From the NCBI GenBank assembly GCA_002269645.1, contig NIVC01001650.1, positions 1 through 64,000 on the forward strand: a DNA stretch of 64,000 nucleotides, written 5' to 3'. Each line of letters starts with the position of its first letter. The stretch's first letter is position 1. This document shows positions 12,101 to 22,053 of the stretch, one piece after another. The position numbers and the translations under genes are program-made. This DNA is from Macrostomum lignano. Taxonomy: Eukaryota. The notes beneath the pieces were generated by a model, which worked only from the letters and a program-made list of their open reading frames with translations, did no database searches and was not told where the DNA came from.

Positions 12101-15100
12101 GATTTGACCAAAGACAATTCACACTATCTGCCCTGCCTCAGTCGGATCTCTACCCCATTTACTGCCCAACCTCTCGCGTGGGGGAGGATTTGGCCCAGGA
12201 CCATACACACTATCTGCCTTGCCTCAGTCGGATCTCTACCCCATTTTACTGCCCAACCTCTCGCGTGGGGGAGGATTTGGCCCAGGACCATACACACTAT
12301 CTGCCCTGCCTCAGTCGGATCTCTACCCCATTTACTGCCCAACCTCTCGCGTGGGGGAGGATTTGGCCCAGGACCATACACACTATCTGCCTTGCCTCAG
12401 TCGGATCTCTACCCCATTTTACTGCCCAACCTCTCGCGTGGGGAGAATTTGGCCCAGGACATTTGCACACTATCTGCCTTGCCTCAGTCGGATCTCTACC
12501 CCATTTTATTGCCCAACCTCTCGCGTGGGGGAGGATTTGGCCCAGGACATTTGCACACTATCTGCCCTGTCTCAGTCGGATCTCTACCCCATTTTATTGC
12601 CCGACCTCTGGCGTGCGGGGGTTTAGCTGGGCAATGTACGCGACGCTGACAACGTGACGTGTACTTTGTTTAATTGATAGCAAAATTTGTCACGCGAAAC
12701 TCCTTGATACAGTATATCTCAAGTCAATTTAATGTGCACTTTTAACAATGTACACCCCGATTGGACAATTTCTCAATTTCTCTTCAGCGGCTGCCTCGCA
12801 AGACCAAGCAGCCCAGCAGCAGCAGGTGACGCTGCTCAAAAAGGAGCTGGCCGAGCTCCGAGCCAAGCAGGCCATGGCGGAGACTCGCCCGGCCATCGGG
12901 GGCGCCTCCGCCGGTGACGCCAGGCAGCTGGGAGCCTCCGGCGTGGCTCGAATAGCTTCCTCGGCGGCCGATTTGGAGGCCGAACGGGCGGCGCACAAAG
13001 AGACTCGCGACTGCCTGGAACTGTCTGAGCACACCTACCTCAGCCTGCTGCGGGGCCTGGCCAGCGGGCTCGAGCTCGAGTCTGTGCAGGTGAGAGGCTT
13101 TCAGACATTTCACCCATTCCATCACTGCCTAGTTCACTCATTCCTTCACTGACTAGCTCACTCATTCTGTCACTGCCTAGTTCACTCATTCCATCACTGC
13201 CTAGTTCACCCATTCCATCACTGCCTAGTTCACTCATTCCTTCACTGACTAGCTCACTCATTCTGTCACTGCCTAGTTCACTCATTCCATCACTGCCTAG
13301 TTCACCCATTCCGTCACTGCCTAGTTCACTCATTCCGTCACTGCCTAGTTCACTCATTCCTTCACTGACTAGCTCACTCATTCTGTCACTGCCTAGTTCA
13401 CTCATTCCATCACTGCCTAGTTCACCCATTCCGTCACTGCCTAGTTCACTCATTCCGTCACGGCCTAGTTCACTCATTCCATCACTGCCTAGTTCACTCA
13501 TTCCTTCACTGCCTAGTTCACTCATTCCGTCACTGCCTAGTTCACTCATTCCGTCACTGCCTAGTTCACTCATTCTATCACTGCCTAGTTCACTCATTCC
13601 GTCACTGCCTAGTTCACTCATTCTATCACTGCCTAGTTCACTCATTCCGTCACTGCCTAGTTCACTCATTCCATCACTGCCTAGTTCACTCATTCCATCA
13701 CTGCCTAGTTCACTCATTCCGTCACTGCCTAGTTCACTCATTCCATCACTGCCTAGTTCACTCATTCTGTCACTGCCTAGTTCACTCACTCCGTCACTGC
13801 CTAGTTCACTCATTCTGTCACTGCCTAGTTCACTCATTCTATCACTGCCTAGTTCATCCATTATGTCACTGCCTAGTTCACTCATTCCGTCACTGCCTAG
13901 TTCACTCATTCCGTTCACTCCTCGCCATCGCCCAGGGCCTCCGCTCGATGGCCCACCTGCCCCGTGACGAGCGCGACCGCCTGGCCCGGGAGCGGGAGGA
14001 GGCGGCCAGCCTGCTGACCCAGCGGGTGCGGCTGTTCAAGGAGCGCCTGGGCCGCAAGGAGGACCTCCTGCAGGGATACGAGAGGGACCTGGCCAAGCTG
14101 CGGCAGGCCGAGGAGCTGGCGGGCAAGAGGAGCCATCAGGTGAGCGAATCTCGCTGGAAAGCCGGTTTGTCAGCGAAAATGCACCGGCGAGTCAGGGAGT
14201 TTTCTGAGCTTCAGCACTAAACTCATTATATTAGCCTAGTGATTGGTTGGCTTCAGTTTACTTAATCCATGCGGCAAAGCCCTTGCTGATGCCAAGTCTC
14301 ACTACCGATGTATTTGATGAGGAAGTGAGGTGGTTGATGGAGTGGGGTGGGTGAGGGAATGGGGTGAGTGAGGGAATGGGGTGGGTAAGGGAGTGAGGGG
14401 GGCGTTGCAGGGGGCTCCGGGCATCCGAATACAGAAGGAAGGTGTTAACACCCGTTCCGCTAGAGTGAGGTGGAGAAAGAGTAAGAGAATTTGATAGATA
14501 AATGAGATTTGAGATAGATCTTGAATGGGATTTTATAGAGCTTGAATGAGATTTGATGGAGCTTGGATGAGATTTGATGGAGCTTGGATGAGATTTGATG
14601 GAGCTTGGATGAGATTTGATGGAGCTTGGATGAGATTTGATGGAGCTTGGATGAGATTTGATGGAGCTTGAATGAGATTTGATGGAGCTTGGATGAGATT
14701 TGATGGAGCTTGGATGAGATTTGATGGAGCTTGAATGAGATTTGAGATAGATCTTGAATGGGATTTTATAGAGCTTGGATGAGATTTGATGGAGCTTGAA
14801 TGAGATTTGAGATAGATCTTGAATGGGATTTTATAGAGCTTGAATGAGATTTGATGGAGCTTGGATGAGGTTTGATGGAGCTTGGATGAGATTTGATGGA
14901 GCTTGGATGAGATTTGATGGAGCTTGGATGAGATTTGATGGAGCTTGAATGAGATTTGAGATAGATCTTGAATGGGATTTTATAGAGCTTGAATGAGATT
15001 TGATGGAGCTTGAATGAGATTTGATGGAGCTTGGATGAGATTTGATGGAGCTTGGATGAGATTTGATGGAGTTTGAATGAGATTTGAGATAGATCTTGAA

Positions 15101-16819
15101 TGGGATTTTATAGAGCTTGGATGAGATTTGATGGAGCTTGAATGAGATTTGAGATAGATCTTGAATGGGATTTTATAGAGCTTGAATGAGATTTGATGGA
15201 GCTTGAATGAGATTTGATGGAGCTTGGATGAGGTTTGATGGAGCTTGGATGAGATTTGATGGAGCTTGGATGAGATTTGATGGAGCTTGGATGAGATTTG
15301 ATGGAGCTTGAATGAGATTTGAGATAGATCTTGAATGGGATTTTATAGAGCTTGAATGAGATTTGATGAAGCTTGGATGAGATTTGATGGAGCTTGGATG
15401 AGATTTGATGGAGCTTGGATGAGATTTGATGGAGCTTGGATGAGATTTGATGGAGCTTGAATGAGATTTGAGATAGATCTTGAATGGGATTTTATAGAGC
15501 TTGAATGAGATTTGATGAAGCTTGGATGAGATTTGATGGAGCTTGGATGAGATTTGATGGAGCTTGAATGAGATTTGAGATAGATCTTGAATGGGATTTT
15601 ATAGAGCTTGAATGAGATTTAATGGAGCTTGAATGAGATTTGATGGAGCTTGGATGAAATTTGATGGAGCTTGAATGAGATTTGAGATAGATCTTGAATG
15701 GGATTTTATAGAGCTTGAATGAGATATGATGGAGCTTGAATGAGATTTGATGGAGCTTGAATGAGATTTAATGGAGCTTGAATGAGATTTGATGGAGCTT
15801 GAATGAATTTTTATTGGAGCTTGGATGAGATTTGATGGAGCTTGGATGAGATTTGATGGAGCTTGGATGAGATTTAGCACTAAATTAACTATATTAGTCT
15901 AGTGTATGCATTGTGTATGCATCGGTAGGGTATGCACTACTGATATGTACCGAAATTAACATATTACCCATTCAACCAGGTGGACAGCCTGGCCCAGGAC
16001 CTGCGATCTCGCGGCGAAGAGGTCGACCTGCTGCGCGAGAGCCTCAGCCGGACAAAGGACGTGCTCAACCAGGAGAAGCGAATCAACACGGCCATCAAGC
16101 AGAAGAAGGCGCTGCACTCCGGGCAGAACCTGGCAGCCACCACGGCCAGGGGCAGCCTGGGGGCCGGCGCCAGCGGGGGCGCCCACTGCCCGCCTGAGGA
16201 TGTGCATGCCAAGGTGAGTTTTGGCTGGCTGAGTGAGTGAGTGAGTGAGTGAGTGAGTGAGTGAGTGAGTGAGTGAGTGAGTGAGTGAGTGAGTGAGTGA
16301 GTGAGTGAGTGAGTGAGTGAGTGAGTGAGTGAGTGAGTGAGTGAGTGAGTGAGTGAGTGAGTGAGTGAGTGAGTGAGTGAGTGAGTGAGTGAGTGAGTGA
16401 GTGAGTGAGTGAGTGAGTGAGTGAGTGAGTGAGTGAGTGAGTGAGTGAGTGAGTGAGTGAGTGAGTGAGTGAGTGAGTGAGTGAGTGAGTGAGTGAGTGA
16501 GTGAGTGAGTGACCAATCCCTGCTCACACTGCGGTCACCCAGGAGGAGGCCAAGAAGCGGGCGATCCGAGAGAAAATCAAGCGAAAAGACTACGAGATTC
16601 GAACTCTCAAAGCCGAGCTAATGTCGCGCGAGAAGGACCTGTCAAGTGCCTCATCCAGGCTCGTGAATCTGGAAAGCACCCTGGTGAGTCAAGTTTTTTT
16701 GGTTTATGCATCTCCTCTCAGCACTTCGATCCATCCTCATTATCTACATCATTGCATATCATAAATATTTGTAATTTCAGCCAGATAAAGCGTTGAATGC
16801 CCGAGAATCGCCTACTTAA
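3157..16819 (+). CDS. FHAD1: Forkhead-associated (FHA) domain coiled-coil protein, FHAD1-like, ~1370 aa, 15 exons
   Basis: Exons with GT-AG ends and consistent phases: 3157-3255, 3354-3440, 4029-4876, 5387-5479, 6430-6693, 7134-7599, 8090-8116 (microexon), 9063-9646, 10188-10604, 11468-11774, 12788-13089, 13936-14139, 15980-16213, 16543-16683, 16781-16819. N-terminal FHA (TTIG...HAIIEY...[15 protein letters not shown]...[10 protein letters not shown]), then long coiled coil containing the FHAD1-type motif [29 protein letters not shown]. One 1-nt frameshift near 4740. Last exon is less certain. Confidence 0.88.
4910..5288. repeat. 14-bp G-rich minisatellite (GAGGGTATTGGGGT), FHAD1 intron 3
   Basis: Tandem copies visible. 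Confidence 0.9.
6745..7090. repeat. 20-bp minisatellite (CACAGCACACCCACCACCCC) with 60-bp higher-order period, FHAD1 intron 5
   Basis: Tandem copies; 20-aa period in the translation. Confidence 0.93.
7625..8010. repeat. 14-bp minisatellite (GGGATTTGGGTGCT), FHAD1 intron 6
   Basis: Tandem copies visible. Confidence 0.95.
8338..8858. repeat. (GGAGA)n microsatellite, FHAD1 intron 7
   Basis: Pure purine tract. Confidence 0.97.
9725..10142. repeat. 18-bp minisatellite (GCATCTCAAGTGGGTCAA), FHAD1 intron 8
   Basis: 6-aa period (KWVKHL) in the translation. Confidence 0.92.
10609..11458. repeat. 25-bp minisatellite (GCTAGGCTAGCAATCCACTCTATTG) filling FHAD1 intron 9
   Basis: ~34 copies from just after the donor to just before the acceptor. 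Confidence 0.97.
11880..12610. repeat. ~86-87-bp minisatellite, FHAD1 intron 10
   Basis: ACACTATCTG recurs at 12121, 12207, 12294; ~8 copies. Confidence 0.95.
13108..13915. repeat. 24-bp minisatellite (CACTGCCTAGTTCACTCATTCCGT) filling FHAD1 intron 11
   Basis: 8-aa period (MSELGSDG) in the antisense translation. Confidence 0.97.
14500..15877. repeat. 21-bp minisatellite (GAGCTTGAATGAGATTTGATG) with recurrent variant units, FHAD1 intron 12
   Basis: Tandem copies; same family as 21340-21768. Confidence 0.97.
16229..16512. repeat. (GAGT)n microsatellite, FHAD1 intron 13
   Basis: ~70 perfect units. Confidence 0.98.
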
Positions 16820-17867
16820 AGTAGCATCCCTTAGCTGTTTTCTTATTTTTCACAGCACGTCACTTGGAAAGTTTTTGGTTCGTTTTACAAGAATTAAAAG
16901 CTTGTTTTACTGTCGAATACCGAGCTCACAAATTACCCGATTAGGCAGTTAGAATACAGATACTTGAGTTCCTGCGTATTAGAGGTGCATCCTGCACTGG
17001 AGCCGACCAGCATTTGCACTTTTATTTTCTGTCACGGTTGCATCATCATCGCACAGTTAATTTGGCTCGCGCATTCATTCAGCACCTGTTTATCTTGCCC
17101 AGGGCCTGCCGCACGAATCAGAGCTCACAGCGGAGTCCTGAGAGCGATGGACCTATCAAAATGCCACACTGATGAGGAGCATCACGTGACTAATTTTCTG
17201 TCCAGCTGTTCGCATATTTTTCTCCTCTAATAATTGGTATTCTTTTTGTTGTGCGTCTTTTTTCTCCGCCTGATACATTTCGTCAATGATTTTCGCATAT
17301 TTCTACTCTCAGTAGAGTAGCTTGATTGATAAATTTGTGAATTTTTTCTGCGCTTTAAGGTGAAAAATGTCTGGCAACATTTTTCGGATTCTTTTAAAAG
17401 TTTTTTTTCCAGTTCCGATCCCCCATGCTCCGGGCTGATTCGGCACAGCTGTATTCAACCATGCCTTACCTTATCAATTACTGTAGACCGCTGTAGTGAG
17501 TATAACTTTCCGAATAATTTATTGTACTCTATAATCCCGCGTGTCCCCCGGATTCTGCGTGATTTTTCACTTGTTCTTCTGCTGATAGTGATAAATATTA
17601 TTATAGTTTTCACTGATAGCCTGGCACCTGCACTTAGACTCCTACAGAAGATGATAAATAAAAGTTCAATTGGCTATGTAGTGTATTTATCGCGCAGATT
17701 AAAATTATATTTGAAAAAATTACAAATATTACTCTTGAATTATTATTTACGCTTTGGGTTGGAAGTTTCCAATAATCCAGAATTCAAGTCGCAGTTTAGA
17801 TCACCGATACTGGAACTACTACCTTAGATAGATGGTTGATAGCCCACTCAGCACATTTGCGTGTAAG

Positions 17868-18208
17868 CTACTTTCAGTTCAGTAGTAAGTTAAACAGAAG
17901 CATTTCAATGTATTTTCAAAGCCAAGGCTCATTTATTGGCTCTTGCCCCCAACTTCTACCCAAACTCTCCAATCGCGCCTTTCTACTAACCCTCGTCCCG
18001 CCCCAATTTTTATTGGCCTTCTCGGAATTCCAGCCTAAAGCTGCCATGTACATTTCAGTGGACTGGCTAATGTACATTATCGCTGAACCAATTAGCAAGC
18101 TGTTTACGACTGCAAGCTTGGGCTTCTAAACTTATTAAAGTAATTTCAGCTGCCATTATTTCTATATAATAGCTTATGCATTCTTCTTTGCTACTGAACT
18201 GAAAGTAG
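17868..18208. mobile_element. Possible MITE (~340 bp)
   Basis: Perfect 18-bp inverted repeat CTACTTTCAGTTCAGTAG (17868-17885) / CTACTGAACTGAAAGTAG (18191-18208); can be read as a 15-bp TIR with TA target duplication. No second copy in the window. Confidence 0.4.
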
Positions 18209-18939
18209 AAAGCTGTTTTACTAAAGAATGTCTGAGTGCCCATCTATCCGTGGTTTAGATTAGCAAACCGTAAACTGGACTGCGAGGCCAAAGATCTTTT
18301 ATGAGAACAGGACATGAAAATGAAATTGACTTCCAGTTGCAGTTGGAACTTTTATAGTTGCTTACAAGTAGCTAAAAAGTGGCTAAAAAGTAGAACAATG
18401 GCTTGTATTCCACAAACTTTAAACTCTTTAAAACTCAGCTCAGTCAACAATGGAACGAGACTCAAGGCTTCAGTCTGTGCGTGTGACCCGCATAAGGAAT
18501 TAGCGCGCCACGAGTCTGGCTCAACCGATCTCAGGCGTGACCCAATGCATCAACTATTATCATTTATCCACAGGTTGGCCACGCGCTCGAGCAGATCCCA
18601 ATCAGTCCGTGCCCTGTCATCATATTGCACAGGCCGGCTCTCCCCTTCATCGCTGGCAAAATTATTCATTCATTTTACTGTGTGCGACTGTCAGGGCTCA
18701 TGCGGGCCCTGCTCGTATCTGCCGCTTGGCTCGGGTTGCGCAACACCACCCTAATTACTGCCGTAGCCTGCGCATGTCCCGGCCGTGAAAGCAGATTTTA
18801 AAGGGTGTTTAATATAGACGATTTAATTGTTCTCTTGTATGCTTCTGAGCTTTTCTGTGGCCCTTTCTTAAGCTGCCAGCTTAGTAAGAGGTCCGTCTCC
18901 TAATTCTGTTAACTCCCGTCCTGTCACTATCTCTGCTTC

Positions 18940-18944
18940 CCCCC

Positions 18945-19018
<74 letters not shown>

Positions 19019-19535
19019 TCCCTCTCTTCCTCTCCCTCTCTCTCTCCCTCTTTCTCTCCCTCTCTCCCTCTCTCTGTCTCACTCCTCTCCTTCTCTCTCT
19101 CCTTCTCCCTCTCTCTCTCCCTCTCTCTCTCCCTCTCTCCCTCTCTCCCTCTCACTCCTCTCCTTCTCTCTCTCTCCTTCTCCCTCTCCCTCTCCCTCTC
19201 TCCCTCTCCCTCTCCCTCTCCCTCTCCCTCCCCCTCTCTCTCTCCCTCTTCCTCTCCCTCTCCCTCTATCTCTCCCTCTCCCCCTCTCTCTCTCCCTCTC
19301 TCCCTCTCACTCCTCTCCTTCTCTCTCCTTCTCCCTCTCCCTCTCCCTCTCTCCCTCTCCCTCTCCCTCTCTCCCTCTCCCTCTCCCTCTCCCTCTCCCT
19401 CTCTCCCTCTCTCCTCTCTCCCTCTCTCCCTCTCTCCCTCTCCCTCTCCCTCTCCCTCCCCCCTCTCTCTCTCCCTCTTCCTCTCCCTCTCCCTCTATCT
19501 CTCCCTCTCCCCCTCTCTCTCTCCCTCTCTCCCTC
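18940..19535. repeat. (CT)n/(CTCCCT)n pyrimidine tract
   Basis: Low-complexity tract with internal duplications. Confidence 0.97.
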
Positions 19536-20337
19536 TGCGGTTTTCACTGTCGCTATGAGCGTACGCAAGTTGCCGGTCAATTTTGATGCTCCTGGCCTCT
19601 TCTCTTTGCCTTTCACTTCCATTTACAAACACACGGCTGTCCATTTTGGCGTGTGACAGCGCGTGGCTGCCAAAAGTTTTGTCTATGCAGCCATGATAAA
19701 TACTCGCAATTAGCGTCATAAAAGGTAGTCATAAAACTTTATGAAAGTTTTGCTTCCAGCCCGACTGGAGGACATGATAGGAAACTGGCATATTCTATGG
19801 CTTTTTTGACACCTCCTGAATTATAATTCAAGCTATTCGAACTGGTGAGGCCTCAGGCTCGCTTGACTAATTCCATCGCTCCATTCACAGCTCCTCCGAG
19901 CTTCGAGCTTCCCAGGCCCGCCCGCATCGGTGCTAACCAAGCTGGCGCCTTGAAACTCCAATTCCAATCCATTTTCTTAAGAGTCCCCCTATTTTCAAGT
20001 CCCCGGGCCCTCAAGTCTCCGCGGCCGCCTCTTCAAGGCTCAGACCGAAGCCCGCATCACTCGACGGCACTTGTTAAAAAGCGGGACATTCCTCCCAAGG
20101 CGCCGCTAAGAGACAGCGGACGGTGGGAGAGGGGCCTTGGATACGAGGAAACCTGCGAGGCCCCTGAGTCATCTAAGAGTTGCCCTCCAGCTGTGCTTGC
20201 CAGGGTTCCTACCGCCCCCGTGCCTGGATTAGCCGGTTGCTGTGTGTTTTGAAAAGCCACACTGAAAAATTGTGATACAGAAGGGGTCTAGCTAGCATCC
20301 TTGATTAGGAGTGCGTCTTTTGGAGACCCTAGCTTCA

Positions 20338-20845
20338 AGGGCGCCAGCACCAAGGGCGCCAGCACCAAGGGGCGCCAGCACCAAGGGGCGCCAGCACCAA
20401 GGGGCGCCAGCACCAAGGGGCGCCAGCACCAAGGGCGCCAGCACCAAGGGGCGCCAGCTCCAAGGGCGCCAGCACCAAAGCGGCGCCAGCACCAAGGGGC
20501 GCCAGCACCAAAGGGGAGCCAGCACCAAAGGGGAGCCAGCACCAAAGGGGCGCCAGCACCAAAGGGGCGCCAGCACCAAAGGGGAGCCAGCACCAAAGGG
20601 GCGCCAGCACCAAAGGGGCGCCAGCACCAAAGGGGAGCCAGCACCAAAGGGGAGCCAGCACCAAAGGGGCGCCAGCACCAAAGGGGAGCCAGCACCAAAG
20701 GGGAGCCAGCACCAAAGGGGAGCCAGCACCAAGGGCGCCAGCACCAAAGGGGCGCCAGCACCAAAGGCCAGCATCAAACCTGCTGTGAGGTGGCGCCAAA
20801 CCTGCTGTGAGGGGGCGCCAAACCTGCTGTGAGGTGGTGCCAAAC
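20338..20845. repeat. 15-17-bp minisatellite (GGGCGCCAGCACCAA) followed by three ~22-bp units (CAAACCTGCTGTGAGGTGGCGC)
   Basis: Tandem copies visible. Confidence 0.93.
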
Positions 20846-21339
20846 CTCTTGCCAACTATAAAAAGTAACTTCTGAAGGTCAATGCTGGTGAAAACGGCTT
20901 GACAGCTTGTCAAGTTTTCCTCAATTCGCCATTGAGTCCTCAAGTCCAAAGGATTCGACCTTCGGGACACGAACCGTTCACGGGACGACTTGGCGCAACG
21001 TTACAGGAATTTCTATTCAATTTTCGATTCAGCTTCAAAATACAGTAGAGAGGTAGGTATTTTTTATAGCTCGTAGTTTCGACACTCCATTTTACGCTGT
21101 TTTTGAGCCAGGCATTGCGTCAAATGGAATTCCCTTGATAGCCTAAATTGGATGCCCTGGCAACCAGCAAGCCATCAGATAAAAAAGAAGGGCTGCTCTC
21201 GGGTCAACAGCGTTCAGTCCAATATTTATTCGAATAGCTGGCGCCCTTATGGCAAACACTAGAAGCCGCTTAGACACGAGGTAGCATCGTCATTTGAAGT
21301 CAGTATTGCGCCATTACCCAATGATTTATGGCCTAAATG

Positions 21340-21768
21340 AATGGAGAGCTTGAATGAGATTTGATGGAGTTTGAATGAGATTTGATGGAGTTTGAATGAG
21401 ATTTGATGGAGCTTGAATGAGATTTGATGGAGCTTGAATGAGATTTGATGGAGCTTGAATGAGATTTGATAGCGCTTAAATGAGATTTGATGGAGCTTGA
21501 ATGAGATTTGATAGCGCTTAAATGAGATTTGATGGAGCTTGAATGAGATTTGATGGAGTTTGAATGAGATTTGATGGAGCTTGAATGAGATTTGATAAAG
21601 CTTGAATGAGATTTGATAGCGCTTAAATGAGATTTGATAGAGCTTGAATGAGATTTGATGGAGTTTGAATGAGATTTGATAAAGCTTGAATGAGATTTGA
21701 TAGCGCTTAAATGAGATTTGATAGAGCTTGAATGAGATTTGATGGAGTTTGAATGAGATTTGATGCTA
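21340..21768. repeat. 21-bp minisatellite, same family as 14500-15877
   Basis: GAGCTTGAATGAGATTTGATG units in the same orientation. Confidence 0.95.
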
Positions 21769-22053
21769 TCTTCAGGACGCTGTCTGGTTTATGCTCAGTG
21801 ATGCCCTCTGTGCCTTGAGAGTGACAGGTCTCAGGGCAGGGGGTGACATATCGTGGTGAGATCTGGGCACGTGCCCCCCTCGATTCCACAGTCCCACAAC
21901 CCTTCCCAGCCAATGGGAGAGCAGGGGGGCAGCCCACCCCACCACCTCAACCCGAGCCAGACAATAAGAAGGCTAACATTGGTGGCCTGCCAGACAGACC
22001 CCAGAGCTGTCCAGTCTTTACCCACCAACCAGGCACAGCTGCATCCCACAGCC

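Noticed and set aside
13040-13918. MSELGSDG-repeat 292-aa ORF
   Set aside because: Antisense reading of a 24-bp intronic minisatellite.
17464-17637. Minus-strand segment with good acceptor and donor and one open frame
   Set aside because: No recognisable protein and no credible neighbouring exons could be chained.
19540-19719. ERQREEARSIKIDRQL, reminiscent of a G-alpha N-terminus
   Set aside because: Too short, no myristoylation or P-loop exon nearby, and it runs into a CT microsatellite.
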